Counted from the first letter of the stretch, positions 39,400 through 53,670 are shown. The stretch: 64,000 nt of DNA from Octopus vulgaris (GCA_951406725.2 OX597818.1:68200001-68264000); one strand, 5' to 3'. Numbers and translations are program-made. The notes: a model not told the origin generated them from the sequence alone.

Positions 39400-40345
39400 A
39401 AGTCGACTCCAGCATTGGAACTAACTTCGTGCAATCATGAAGACACGCTGGCAAAACACTGCTCCTCTAAGTGGAAACCTTACCTGTCACTGTGGCGAGC
39501 TGGCAGAAACGTTAGCACGCCGGGCGAAATGCTTAGCGGTATTTCGTCTACCCCTACGTTTTGAGTTCAAATTCCACCGCGGTCGACTTTACCTTTCATC
39601 CTTTCGGGGTCGATTAAATAAGTATCAGTTACGCACTGGGGTCGATATAACAGAATTAATCCGTTTGCCTGTCCTTGTTAGTCCTCTCTGTGTTTATCCC
39701 CTTGTGGGCAATAAAGAAATAGGTATTTCGTCGGCTGTTACATTCTGAGTTCAAATTCCGCCGCGGTCGACTTTGCCTTTCATCCTTTCGGGGTCGATTA
39801 AATAAGTACCAGTTACGCACTGGAGTCGATGTAATCGACTTAATCCGTTTGTCTGTCCTTGTTTGTCCCCTGTGTTTAGCCCCTTATGGGTAGTAAAGAA
39901 ATAGGTATTTCATCTGTCTTTACGTTCTGAGTTCAAACTCTGCCGAGGTCGACTTTGCCGTTCATCCTTTAGGGGTCAATAAATAAAGTACCTGTTATGC
40001 ACTGAGGTCGATGTAATCGACTTAATCCCTTTGTCTGTCCTTGTTTGTCCCTTCTATGTTTATTCCCTTGTGGGCAATAAAGAAATAAGGAAACCTTACC
40101 TGTCACTGTGGTTTTATAGCACGAAGCACTATAAACCTTGCCGTCCGTGCCGTCCACCCAAAGAAACACATAGTGAATGATCGACAAGCACTTGAGCAAT
40201 CTGATTCCTCCACTTGTTCCATTTTCCAAAAGGTTTGCAAGGCACCAGCAGACCTCAAGAGACACATTTCAGTTCATAGAACATGATTATTGCTTTATTT
40301 CTGAACCCTCATTTGTTGTTCACAACGAGAGAATCCATCATACAT
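39400..40345 (+). mobile_element. RTE C-terminal zinc-finger remnant split by a SINE-B trimer
   Basis: Removing the insert gives LTCHCGFIARS…; a second finger TCSIFQKVCKAPADLKRHISVH lies at ~40212-40280. Confidence 0.6.
39494..40088 (+). mobile_element. Trimeric SINE B (one head + three bodies) with 21-23-bp TSD
   Basis: Junctions AAAGAAATA|GGTATTTC at ~39721 and ~39903; GGAAACCTTACCTGTCACTGTGG at 39473-39495 and 40089-40111. Confidence 0.92.
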
Positions 40346-40749
40346 ATACATACATATAAACATATGTGTGTGTATATACATATATATATATATGTACATG
40401 TATATATGTGTTTATATGTGTTCATATATAGGTATGTATATGTATATATACATGTATTGCATTATGTATATAGACATGTTTACACATACACACATATATA
40501 TAAAAATGTTTTTGTTTTTATGTTCACTTACGGGTAATTTTACATTTATCCGAGTGATTACTTTTTTATGGTGCACAATTTTATTATTCTTAAACATGAA
40601 TAATATTGACAGTGACGACACACTTTTGGCCATTTGAGCCATCGTCGAACTGTGATGCATTGAAGTTGATCTTAGCTTTATATGGTGTCTGTTGAGTTAA
40701 AATCTTCCTGTGTGTACATCATTATCAGCAGCAACAGTGGCAGCAGCAT

Positions 40750-42440
40750 CGCCCTTTAACGTCTGTTTTCCATGCTAGCATGGGTTAGAGTATTCGACCA
40801 GAGCTGGCAAGTTGCACCAGGTTCCAGTCTGATTTGGCTTGTTTTTTACAGATTGATGCCCTTCCTAATGCCAACTAGTTCATAGCATGTGCCAGGTGCT
40901 TTTAACGTGGCACTGGCACGAGTGCCTTTACGTGAAACCGACACAAGTGTTTTTTTTAAGTGACGCCAGAACAAGACTCTTTCAGGCCGTCCCTCTTCAC
41001 AAGGAGGAGAGCCTTAATACTTCTGCTGTGGAGGACGGATCTTCTTGAGTACAGCGAGGTGCCAGGTATCTCACTCCTTTGTCATCTCATCTGAAATGTT
41101 CAGCGTTCCCAGGGCGTCCTTCAGTACTTTGTCACATGACATCCTGACTCACCCACTTCCACGTATTCCATCTACTTTGAGAGATCGGCACATTTTTATA
41201 GAGCTGTTGGCATCTATCCACATCACATGACCAAACCAGCGCAATCTTCTCCGTTTCACACAACCTCCAGTTCCTCTTATGCCTAACTTCTCTATCAATA
41301 CCCAAGCATTTACATTACACATGCAGCAAAGATTACTACTCTCATTCTTTTCTAACCTTCACATATCCTCTGAATCCAGGGCCCACGTCTCACTACAATG
41401 TAGAACATCTGTTTTTATACATGCATCATCCAATTTTCCGTTCACCCATAAAGTGAAACCTTTGGTTGCCAACTGAAGTAAAAGCTCACTGACAGTTCTC
41501 CATCCTATTCATATTCCAGTTATTATACTCTCCATATGACCTCCACCACTACTAATTTTCTGCCCCGGGTGGCAGAAATAATCCACTACTTCTAATGAGC
41601 CTCCGAAGCATTTGAGAGAATCCATTTCCTGTTTTTTTTTATGGTTGTTGCAATCTTCCCCATACGAATACTACATCCTCTAATAGCCTTCCTATTATTC
41701 CACTGCACCACTTGTGTGTCTATAGCCTATACTTGGCACATTGTATGGAATTCTTGCCTAAACTTTTCCTACCAATCGAGGAAGACCACTTAACTGAAGT
41801 GTATAGGGTCCTTAGATTGCAGTTTTTGCTTCCGCAACTTCTTTGAGGGCAAGATAATCAGCATATAGTAGCTCCCAGGGACTACTGGTCTTGAATTCCT
41901 CTGTTATAGCCTGGAGGACAATGATGAAAAGGAGAGGACAACTGACTGAGTCTTGATGAATATTTACCTGTACTCCAAATTCTTCACTGTACTCGTAGCT
42001 AATTGTCACCTAACTCTCAGCACCTCTGTACAGGTCTTTTACAGCTTCATCTATCCCTAGCAATTCATCTATCCCTAGCCTCCTTAAAGCCGACGATATT
42101 ACATAGCAGGGTCCTCTATCGAATGCTTTCTCCACATCAACGAATGCCAAGTATAACAGTTTATTCTCAGCTAAGTATTTCTCTTGCAGTTGCCTGACTA
42201 TGACAATAGAGTTGGTAGTGCTTCTTCTTCAGACAAAGACAAATTGCCTTTTGTCTAGCCTAATTCTGCTCTTAATTAATTAGGCTATAACTCTCTCCGT
42301 AATTTTCATTTCATGGTCCAGGAGGTCGATGCCTGTATAATTGCTTCTATATAAGGAATCTCCTTACCATTGCAGTCACTGGGTTTTATGTCCCACTGAA
42401 TAATTTGATTAACTATGTGCATGACCAGCGTGTATCCTAC
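40750..42440 (-). mobile_element. Decayed 5'-truncated RTE LINE (RT domains + 3' module)
   Basis: EFGVQVNIHQDSVSCPLLFIIVLQAITEEFKTSSPWELLYADYLAL (GVHQGSVLSPLLF…YADD motifs); many stops and frameshifts. Confidence 0.88.
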
Positions 42441-42515
42441 CTTACTAGAAAATTTGAGCTTCTCTGCAGCGATTCCAGATGGCCAGGGGCTTCCCTTATT
42501 TGTGTGTGCACGCGC

Positions 42516-42562
<47 letters not shown>

Positions 42563-42622
42563 TATGAATATATGGAAAACGTCAAGGTAGAAAAGGCTAA
42601 AATAATTTTTAAAAAAGCATTT

Positions 42623-42658
42623 CAGCACCGGTTTCGGTCACTGAGACTTTTTCAACTG
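42623..42658 (-). ncRNA. Degenerate minimal hammerhead-like motif, U3-A8 core variant
   Basis: CAG-TTGAAAA-AGTC(TCAGT)GACC-GAAACCGGTG-CTG; palindromic stem III ACCGGT. Confidence 0.45.
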
Positions 42659-44222
42659 TAAGTATGGAAAACAATAAAATTTTGGAAAAATTGAATGGAA
42701 CGTTTTTTAAAAGAATATTTGCATAGTATTCAAATACATTTTCCTTGTTGCTGCCTGTCTCTGTCTCTCCTATTTACTCTTGTAGCTTCGAGGTTGTTGA
42801 ATGTATGTATGTATGTATGTATGTATGTATGTATGTATGTATGTATGTGTATATATTTATATATATAAATGTGTATAAATATACGTATATATATATAGTT
42901 TATAGATGAGAGACAGAGATTCTCCTACAGTATGCAGTTCGTAGTGCTCAATAGATTCAAACTTGAGCAGGTAGAGGAATAAAGGTAAGGATAAGTAAGT
43001 TAAGCAAGTCGAGATACAAAAAATATTAAACACATTTAATACAAAAAATGTAAAGTTACGTTTACATATATGAAAGCCCCACTTATACAGAACAGAAATG
43101 ATATCAGGAATTTAAGGAGTTGAATAAAAGTTTTACGAGTCCAACAGCTGTTTCTGCGAGTTGGTGAACCATAATATGCCTGTATATATATATGCCACCA
43201 AGATGTTCATTTGATCTGAAGAGCTAGCCTTCTATATCGCTATTTATCAGTAAATGTACCATAGTATTATGCAATATACAGCGTGCTTATTAGAGAAGAC
43301 ATGTATTATAATTTATTATACACGAAAATGAAAATTATTATTGCATGAGGACGGCTGCAAAATAGCAAACACTCTCCAGAAATCAACCGATAAAATAAAT
43401 ATATTTATCTCTCATACCTCCAGACATTTTATGTTGTATATTTATTTATTTATTGATACATATACATATATACATATATATATACACACACACACTTTCA
43501 CTTAATAGAAAAGAATTACTATTTTCTTTTTTCTCTTTTTTGTTCATCGATATTTTTTTCTTTTGTACATAGAGTTATTTCTTCTTTAAGCACAAGCAAT
43601 TGAATATGTTTATATATTTAAATATCAGAAGTCTAGTTTAATGTTAATTTTATCATACTGGCAATGGAATTAGATTAGAAAGTCTTTTGCCATCAACTTT
43701 TATGTTTTCTGGTCTTTGTGTAAAATTATCTCCTGCATAGTCAGAGCAAGACTACGAAATACACATTTTCTCGTGACCTTCCACAATATTGTTATATTTT
43801 GGACATATCAATTGAAACGGTATACATATTGACCCTGTGTCTGTGGTCAGCTTTGATGACGTCAACCACACAACTTTGTTTTGCCATTATGTATCAACCA
43901 GAAACACACATGCACTGGGCCCAGTAATTTAATGGTCGGCTATAAATATTTTGCTGTGTAAAATGAAAGCCATATTTTAGTGTCCTAAGTAGTCATAAGC
44001 AGGTGATATTTCATATATCAATACTCTCTGATCGAGACAATATTTATTGTCTGTTTCATTGCGTTATTCCCAGAACAACAAGAATTATTCCATGTGCAAA
44101 GGATCTATAAATCATTTACACATGGAATATTTCTTATTGGTCTGATATTCTGAGAAGTTTTATTTCAGAGTTAATTTATGTGTGTGAGAGTGTGTGCGTG
44201 TAGCATCATGATCATCATTGTG

Positions 44223-44278
<56 letters not shown>

Positions 44279-44515
44279 TGTCATCATTGTTTTAATGTTT
44301 ATTTATCCATGCTTGCATTGGTCAAATGGAATTCGTAGAGGCAGATTTTCTCCAGCCGGATGCCTTTCCTTTCACCAACTCTCACCTGTTTCGAAGGAAT
44401 GTGACATTTCCTCTTAGCTGAACTTTCTTCCACAGAATATTGAAAAACAAGGTCACAACTTCTATGATGGTGACCCTTGTGCTGAAATATAATGACAGCA
44501 GGAGACACACACACA

Positions 44516-44580
<65 letters not shown>

Positions 44581-44767
44581 GCAAACACATGCACATACAC
44601 ATATGACAGGCTTCTTTTAGTTTCTGTCTCACAAATCCACCGACAAGGCTTTGGTCAGTAGCGGACACTTGACAATGTTGCCACACAGTGGGACTGAACC
44701 CAAGACCACATGATTATGAAACAAACTACTTAATCACTCTTCCTCTATAGATTATGCTAAGCGAATG

Positions 44768-45040
44768 TGTGTGGCTCAGTGGTTATGGGGTATTTGACTC
44801 ATGATCATAAGGTTGTGAGATCCATTACTGGTGGGGTGCTGTATCTTTGAGCGAGACACTTTATTTTACATTGCTCCTTTTAGCAAGCAAAAATACGGCG
44901 TGCCTTGTCACTGTCTATGTCATGCTGAATCTTTCTCAGGACTATTTTAAGGTTATGCATGTCTGTGGAGTACTCAGCCACTTGCATGTCAATTTCATAA
45001 ACAGGTTGTTCCGTTGATCAGATCAACTGGAACGGATATA
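44768..45040 (+). mobile_element. SINE family C, diverged
   Basis: TGGCTCAGTGGTT head; GTCTGTGGAGTACTCAGCCACTTGC…GTTCCGTTGATCAGATCAACTGG body as in 2946-3328. Confidence 0.75.
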
Positions 45041-45779
45041 ATGTAACCAACCTACTTACTCCTCAGAAAAGAGAAATCTGGACATTGTTGTTCCAGATAT
45101 ACAATATCAGAGAAGGTCACGTGTGGATTCTCATAACCTTTCATCATACAGCTTCTAAGGTGGAGCCAATCCGGGACTCAGCAATAACAGCAATGAATCC
45201 TACCAGCATAATGTTAATATTTATGCTTCTGCACCCAACCTGCAGATCTCAGATCTTCTCTACAATTTTGTTTCTAATTCAGGTTCCTCTATCCTTCTTC
45301 TAACAATGAAACTTCCTCTTTGGCTGCAGCAGTTTTATTGGAGCAGAACTGCATATTTTGGCAATCATTTCTCCATCTTCTTAAAACCTTATCCCTTCTC
45401 ACCAACTGCTTTCTTAATATCGTCCCTTACCAATTTTTCCAGTTAAAACCTCTTTCTTCTCAACACCCTTCTATAAGGTTCAAAATAACAACTAGCACTC
45501 TGTCAGTTACGAAGACAGTATCCCATTTGATCCAATTAAAGGAACAGCCTCTTGTGAAATTAGCAAGCAAGTGGCTGAGTGTTCCGAAGACATGCATACT
45601 ATTAATGAAGTTCTTGGGGACATTCAGTGTCGCACAGAATGTAACAAGTCTGGCCCTTTGAAATACACGTACAACTCCTTTTTGCCAGGACACAACGTGC
45701 TGCCGAGAACTCACAGCCTTACAACTGACTCTTCTTGAAACAGATCTTCGCCATTTTGGCTGTTACGTAAATCATTTGC

Positions 45780-46010
45780 ATTTTCCTGACTCCTGTTATT
45801 TTAAAAATCATCTGACTTTTTAGTATTTAGTGCAGATATAATTTGTACAATGTTTTTCCAGACGCAGAAACCAGCCCTTATTTTTTGTGTGTTTATTATT
45901 TTGTGATATTTGTTTTCCATTGAAAAGTGTTTGACTTAATAATTTCACTATATTGGTTCTAATTTGTTTTGCAAATGGTATTATGAACCAAGCTATATTA
46001 TTTTCATAGT
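45780..46010 (-). mobile_element. Second Penelope-like remnant (RT-endonuclease linker)
   Basis: NIAWFIIPFAKQIRTNIVK…NKHT…KNIVQIISALNTKK, resembling PLE IIWFNPPFS..V.TNI…N..T.K.SYSC..NI..II..HN.K. Confidence 0.65.
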
Positions 46011-46444
46011 AATTCCTTTCAGAGTAATTTTTCTGGAGGGTAATTACTTTTATACATGGAGTCTAATGTTTTACAGAATTGTTATGCAAAATAACATTTA
46101 GGCTCTCAATTACTACCTTTTTTGTTATTTCTTATCCTATTTATTCTTTTTTATTTCAGTAGTCACAAATTTTCATTATTATTGTGTTTTGTTTTTGGCC
46201 TTCATTCTATTCTATTATCTTTTAATTTTATCATTTCCTCAATGTTTCTATCCTTGTTATTTGTTCTTGGTTTATTTATGCCTTCTATATGTTTCTTGGT
46301 GGTTATTCTTAAATTATTCTCATCTATTTTATATCGAATTCCATCTGTTATCGCTTTTGCCTTATGTTTATTCTCCTTTATTTTAATTTTATTGATGTGA
46401 ATACCGTTTTGTGTATAGTTTTGTGTATATATATATATAAAATT

Positions 46445-47075
46445 ATCTTTCCTAGTTTCAGTCATTAGACTGTGGCCACACTGGGGCACCATTTCAAGAA
46501 TTCTAAGTCATATGTATTGGCCCTTGTCCTTATCTTACTTTAAGCCTAATACTTATTCTTATGCTGTCTTTTGACGAACAGCTAAGTTACGGGGACTTAA
46601 ACACAGCAACACCAGTTGTCAATCCACTGTGAGGTGGGGGTGGGGTCAAGCCCAGACACAAAGGCACACACACACATACATGTATATACAATGGGCTTCT
46701 TTCCGTTTCTGCCAACCAGATCCACTCGCAATGAGTTAGTTTGCCTGAGGCTTTAATACAAAACACTTGCCTAAGGTGCCATGTTGTGGGACTGAACCCA
46801 GAACAATGTGGTTGGGAAGTAAGTTTCTTATTTCTTTACTACACACAAGGGGCTAAACATAGAGGGGAAAAACAAGGACAAAGAAAGGTATTAAGTCCAT
46901 TATGTCGACCCCAGTGCGTAAATGGTACTTAATTTATCGGCCCTGAAAGGATGAAAGGTAAAGTCGACCTCAGCGGAGTTTGACCTCAGAACGTAACGGC
47001 AGACGAAATACCGCTAAGCATTTTGCCCAGTGTGCTAACGTTTCTACCAGCTCGCCGCCTTCTTACCGCACAACC
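46445..47075 (-). mobile_element. SINE A (minus) with a SINE B (46828-47060, minus) inserted into its head
   Basis: The A head is split at TTCTTA, which is duplicated around the B copy. Confidence 0.8.
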
Positions 47076-47919
47076 ACAATACACACACATACATACATGC
47101 ATACCTTCATACATATCTACATATATGTAAGCATTCATACATACACATCTACAATGTCTCTTGTAAAAATATAATGATATGCAGATAAAAATAGTCAGAC
47201 AGACACTAACAGACTGACGCGTAGAATAAAATCACACAAGCACACACACACACACACACACATACACACACACATACACACACACATCCACATATAATTA
47301 TAAGCTTTGGTGCATATTCTGAAGTAATTTTATTTCTTCAATTTTATTTATTTTCTTATTGACCTTCTGTTTTATTGTTTAATTGTTTTATATGTTTGTG
47401 TTTTTTCCGCTAATATTTTCAATATTGCCAATTCTCACTCCATGCAACAGACACAGAAAAAATATATTTTAATGGACATTTCATATCTGAATGACTTCCA
47501 ACAAAATAGAAAATAGGAAAAAAATATTGCTTTTTTGCTTCTTTTTCTTAACTTCCAGAATATTATTATAGTTGTTTCGAATATTAAGGAATTATTCTAG
47601 TATTATTATTTTTTTCCCCAGCTTATCGAGAAAGAAGAAAATATTAAAAATATTGATTCTTAAAAATCCAACAATTATGAGAAAAATGATTTTTTTTTCT
47701 TTCTTTTAGTGTCTGTATGGTTAACACTTGTAAAGAACTGACAAAAATATAGAATTGAGAGTGTCTTTATGACGTCTGCTCGACCCGCTAGAAAGAACAG
47801 GCTAGCATCCATCATACACCACCGTACCACTGCATCCGAATGAATATGCATGGTACAAATTGATGGGAACTTTCAAAGATCTTACACTCACATTCTTTTA
47901 ATTTGAAAATTCATTCTTT

Positions 47920-48192
47920 GACGGGCTTCCGTGCTGGTGGAACGTAAAAGGCACCATCCGATCGTGGTCAATGCCAGTTCCTCTGGACCCTGTGCCGATG
48001 GCACATAAAAAGCACCCACTACACTCTCAGAGTGGTTGGCGTTGGGAAGGGCATCCAGCTGTAGAAACACTGCCAGATCAGACTCGAGCCTGGTGCAGCC
48101 TCCTGGTTTTCGGGACCCCAGTTGAACCATCCAACCCATGCTAGCATGGAAAACAGACGTTAAATGATGATGATGATGATGATGATGATGAT
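47920..48192 (+). mobile_element. RTE-associated 3' module with (GAT)n tail
   Basis: Same module as 29358-29882; further copies at ~5040, 10110, 20000, 49600-49935, 53222 and 60640. Confidence 0.8.
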
Positions 48193-49124
48193 TCTTGCAC
48201 CTTGTCTGCTCCATTTTAATCTTCTTTCCAGATACTCACATCCACAAATTATATAATATGGCAGAGTCATGTATATTCTTTCAACCAAGACCACTTTGCT
48301 TGTGTTTTTGTTACGCTTTAGCTTCTCAACACCTAACGTGAGGTCACTCCCCACTTTCTCAAATTCACACTCACTCAGTAAAGGCCGGTTTTTTCCTTTG
48401 CCGTTTTTGTTTTGCGAATTCCTTCGGGACCACACTGGTCCTGGCATCATGGAAACAAAAGCGCTTAGTTCCTGCTGTAACTTAGTTGGCATTAAGAAGG
48501 GCAACCAGCTGTAGAGAACCATCACATATTCTGGAACCCGGTGCAGTTCGGCAACTTAAAAGATCCTGACAAACCATTCAACTTTAAATGATGATGAGGA
48601 GGACGACGATGACGGTGGTGGTGGTGGTGATGATGATGATGGTGGTGGTGGTCGTGGTCGTGGTGGTGGAGATGATGATGATGGATGATGAGGAGGATGA
48701 CGATGACAACCTCAACAACGGTGAGTGGATTTAGAAGATGGGAAACATCCACATTCCATAATAGCCATGGGCTGAATGGTTTGAGAAGATCTGAAGGTTC
48801 CAAGAACCACATCATTCTTTTGTTTCTGCCTTGGCACGGTTACTCTGACCAGATGCCCTTCCTAATGACAACCACTCTACTGCATGCACTGAGCGCCCTT
48901 TATTATTCTGCATCACCATTACAAATGATGACACCTGGTAGTGTGGATGACTGTGACCACCCTAGGGAGTAGATTTATGCAAGGAAATGAGTGGTAAAAG
49001 CATTAGGGAAGGGGCCAGAGGAGAATAGGTTTATTACAATTGAGGAGCTACATGACAATTCCTCCCATTTTTGAAGAGAAGGTAGGAATGCTATTCTATA
49101 TTTTGGAAATTAGGAATTATGGAC

Positions 49125-49348
49125 CTTATTAACAATGAATGAATGGATATCTTCACCTTGTTTGTTGTTACCACAACGTTTCTGCTAATTTACTCTCCAG
49201 CTTTCATCAAATGTTCTCGTGGAATTTTGAACCCAGCTCCATATTTGACTAATGGGCTTCTCTGTTCTCATTCCTAAGATATTCTGTTTTTGCTGATGTT
49301 ATTTTGTTTCTGTTGTTGCTGTTGATATTATTTCTCAGGTCCCTGCCT
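49125..49348 (-). mobile_element. Family D element copy 4, old and degenerate
   Basis: CTTGTTTGTTGTTACCACAACGTTTCTGCTAATTTACTCTCCAGCTTTCATCAAATGT…TTCTCATTCCTAAG…CAGGTCCCTGCC. Confidence 0.7.
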
Positions 49349-50411
49349 AACATCAAAGGCCAAAAGAAGACCTAGTCTATATCATGGGATGCAAGCATAG
49401 TGACAGGTGTAACATCTAAGTTTTCCATCCATCAGGGAGATGTCTAAACAAACACTTGGAATTTCTCACTTCCTGCGGTTGGATGGCTCTCAACTTCATC
49501 AACGATTTGAAAAGCTTTGTTTTCAAATCTTGTTGGGTCTCCACTGAAAACCTCTCTTCTTATGAAGCAAACTTCCTAGGATTGCTGGTTTCGGTAATTG
49601 TAGTTGTGGTCTCCGTGCTGGTGGTATGTAAAAAAACACCATCCGAACGTGGCTCATGTGAGCAGTGCCTTGACTGGCTTCCATGCCAGTGGCATGTAAA
49701 AGCACCATCCAATCGCGGTCAATGCCAGCTCCCTCTCGATTCTGTGCTGGTGGCACATAAAAAGCACCCACTACACTATCAGAGTGGTTGGCGTTAGGAA
49801 GGGCGTCCAGCTGTAGAAACATTGCCAGATCAGACTGGGGCCTGCCGCAGCCTCCTGGCTTCCTCAATCGAACTGTCCAACTCATGCCAGCATGGAAAAC
49901 GGACGTCAAACGATGATGATGATGATGATGATGATGGTGATGATTACTGATGACACAGCCATGCAGCAAGTTGTGTTAGGTTATACATTTATGTGTACAT
50001 ACAACTTTCTGTATGTAATTATATGTGTTTGTGTGTGTGAGAGAGAGAGAGAGAGACAGACAGACAGAACAGGAATCCTTTGCAGGGTGAGCCATTTACA
50101 GCTGAGCAGATTGTAACAATGGGAAAAGAAGCGTTTTACTCAAAAGCACAATGTGCAGCTCAGTCTGGGAATAGACCCCATGATCTAGCAATTGTGAGTG
50201 CAACATCCTAACACCTAGGCCAAGCACACACACACACCATAGTAATATACATCATGCATATTAACATAATTTTATGCAACTGTCCCTCGATGGGACGTAA
50301 GGGTAGATAGAAGCCCAATCACATTTAAGATAATCACTTAAATAACCTTTCCACTGAGGATGGCATAAAACAGAATACAAATTATATATTCATAGTTTTG
50401 ATAAAAACTAT

Positions 50412-50882
50412 TGACAATTGATGAGGTCAGAATATGTCTGGAACATGTCCTTGGTCATCATCAGTTGTGATAGTAGAAAAAAGATATAAAGAATATTATT
50501 CATTCATTAATATCATTCATTAATGATCTCCAATACTTTGAATAGACAAACTTAATTAGTTTATTGTTTTAGATCTCAAGAGAATTTTTTTAATTGTTTC
50601 ATTACAAAATTATGGCCTTCCTAATGAAGCAGTGTATGCACATTATTGCACAAATGCCAAGCAATTCCTCCAGGCTTTCACCATAGTTTGTGGTTCTCCT
50701 ACAACCACACATTTATTCAAATTCAAGCGAAATCTCACTTTCTAACAGCATCGCTATTGTCTGTGCATCTGCAATGGCCAAGCACGCAGCAGCTTTTTGA
50801 ATAAACCAAATACAAAATAACAATAAAGATAAGGAAGTCTACATCCCTGTGATGAGGGCAGAATATGTCCAAAGCATGTCTC
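50412..50882 (+). ncRNA. Two degenerate copies of one hammerhead-like motif (50412-50458, 50849-50882)
   Basis: TTGATGAGGTCAGAATATGTCTGGAACATGTC and GTGATGAGGGCAGAATATGTCCAAAGCATGTC; inferred consensus xTGATGA-GGGCA(GAATA)TGTCC-GAAACATGTC. Confidence 0.45.
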
Positions 50883-51582
50883 AAATTTTCTCCTTCCTTT
50901 GCTGGGACAATGTTAAGGAATTTATTTCCCAACCATGAGCTTTCAGGTAGAGTCCCTTTAAATGCCACTGAAGACAAGTTTCCTTTATTCCACACACCTT
51001 GTCTGATGAAAGCCTTAAAGATGGATTTGGTAAATGTATAGAATTGAAATAAAGCTTTCACTTTCTTTTAATATAGTAGAAACTATAGAAGACTGGTGGG
51101 ATTGTTATTTCTATGAATTTAAATATTGGTTGCTATTTAGCATATAATTTAGTTATTGTAGGTTTACTTTTAATACTGATACAGATGTACATAGATATAT
51201 GTGTTTCTTTGTTGTAGTTTAATTTTAAAGTTGGTGTTTAATCCTGTTGGGGTAGTATTGAGCCAGTTGAGAAATTTAAGATATAGAGGGGAGAGATTGG
51301 GTGTCTTACTGTAGAGTAGATACATGGATTCACAGTTTGAAAACAGGAATTGGATATTAAGATAAAGGGAATGGTAGTGAGAGAGCTGATGGAAATATAG
51401 TGGGACACGCACTCCAAGGTCGTTGGGGATGGTGAGAATAGGTGAGAGGACAGAGAGGCTTGTGTGGGGTGAGTGGACAGGATGGGGGTGACCGTAATAA
51501 ATGATGGAAGGAAATATAAGAGAGGTTGTGGGGGGGCAAGAGTAACAGAAGATGTGTGAGGACATTGAGGATGAAGAGTATT

Positions 51583-51999
51583 TATTTCTTTATTGCCCAC
51601 AGGGGACTCAAAAATAGAGGGGACAAACAAGGACAGACAAAGGGATTAAGACGATTACATAGAGCCAGTGCTTAACCAGTACTTATTTAATTGACCCTGA
51701 ATGGATGAAAGGCAAAGTTGACCTCAAAGGAATTTGAACTCAGAATGTAACAGCAGACGAAATACCTATTTCTTTACTACCCACAAGGGGCGAAACACAG
51801 AGAGGACAAACAAGGACAGGCAAACAGAATACGTCGATTATATCGACCCCCGTTGCGTAACTTCTACTTATTTAATTGACCCTGAAAGGATGAAACGCAA
51901 AGTCGACCTCGGCGGAATTTGAACTCAGAACATAGCGGCAGACGAAATACCACTCAGCATTTTGTATGGAGTGCTAACGATTTTGCCAGTTTGCCACCC
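51583..51999 (-). mobile_element. Dimeric SINE B with degenerate 17-bp TSD
   Basis: Junction GAAATACC|TATTTCTTT at ~51767; TGAGGATGAAGAGTATT (51566-51582) versus TGAGGATGGGGAGCATT (52000-52016). Confidence 0.85.
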
Positions 52000-52885
52000 T
52001 GAGGATGGGGAGCATTGAGGGTGATAGGAGGTAAGTGAGGAGTTGATGATGGAGGGCAGAGATGGCACAGAATGGAGGTGATTGGTGGATATCTATATAG
52101 ATGGGCAGGAGAATGGTCCGTGTCTCCTTGGTTTGTTCTTACATGATAGTTGTAAACAAGCAGGGTCCTACAATTCCAGTCTTGCTTGGAAACATGTCCA
52201 CCCATGGGGAAATCTTACAGTGATTCAAAATCGGAAAGGAATTGTGTTAGTAAGGATCTCAAGTCACAGAAAATTGGTTCCGATGAATTCCTTCTGATGC
52301 ATTCAACTATGGAGAAGTAGACATTAAAATGGTAACAATGATGAATACATAGAATGCCGACTCATTTTTGCTTCTTGTTCTGGTGTTCTGCATGAAGAAT
52401 ACTGGCAGCAGATGGTAAAGTTGGTATCTTGAAACAAATAAGTATTTCATTCTAAATTTTCTTCCTCCTCAAAACTTTTCTCTATTTCAAATTTATTTTC
52501 CTTTTGCAATATTGCATCGAGTTTCTTAATAAATATTAAAAATCTATTAAAAAGAATAAAATAGATTTTAATGTTTGTCATTATTTTGTATTCGTATTTA
52601 TTCATAATTTTTGCAGAAATTTGCTATGTATTTATGCATGTAATTGCATGGATATGCAATGTGCAGTATGAGTCTGTTTCAATGTCTCAATTGGTTTGTG
52701 TTTGAAGTGCGATTACACATGTGTATACGCATATGATATAGAAATATGATATATGGTCCTACACACATACATGCATACACACACACACAGACACACGTAC
52801 TTATATACATTTATATATATGTGTGTATGTGTGTGTGTATATATATATATATATGCATAAATATATATATGCATAAATGTATATA

Positions 52886-52931
<46 letters not shown>

Positions 52932-53132
52932 ATATATATATCTATATATATATCGACATATATATATATATATACACATATATGATGATGACATATATCT
53001 GTATATTCCTATACATATATATATATATATAAAAATACATATAGACACACACATATATACATACATACATACATATTTATATATATTTATATATATATTT
53101 CTATATGCAAATATATATGTGCATGTATCTAC

Positions 53133-53166
<34 letters not shown>

Positions 53167-53187
53167 TTCTTTCTCTCTGTATATTAT

Positions 53188-53221
<34 letters not shown>

Positions 53222-53258
53222 GTCCAACCCATGCTAGCATGGAAAACGGATGCTAAAC

Positions 53259-53291
<33 letters not shown>

Positions 53292-53670
53292 ATATATATA
53301 TATATATATATACACGTCCATGAGTATATATGTGTATTTGCATGTCAGTGAAACTGTGTTTATGTCTATAAAATATGAGGTGAATCTGCTCTTTTTTGTT
53401 TGTCTCTGTTTATATTTACATATGCAGTATATTTGCATACGTTTACATAAATATATAGGTGTGTATGTACCCTCTCATGTACCCTGAGCCGTGGTGTGTG
53501 CTATTAAATATGATAATGTCTGTCTGCATGTGTAGGTTTGTGTGTGTAGTTGTCTTGGTGTAAATATTTGCAATTGCTCTTGTCTCTCTATATGAACAAG
53601 GGTAAGATGGTGTGTCTATACATATAAGTATTTATGTATATAAGTGCGTGTATGAATATATATATATATA

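Noticed and set aside
43140-43158. GAAACAGCTGTT on the minus strand as a hammerhead half (similarly GAAACGTT near 63935)
   Set aside because: No CUGANGA partner or stem II found nearby.
43690-43930. piggyBac transposase remnant on the minus strand
   Set aside because: Only a vague TKxxVD-like match across frameshifts; insufficient.
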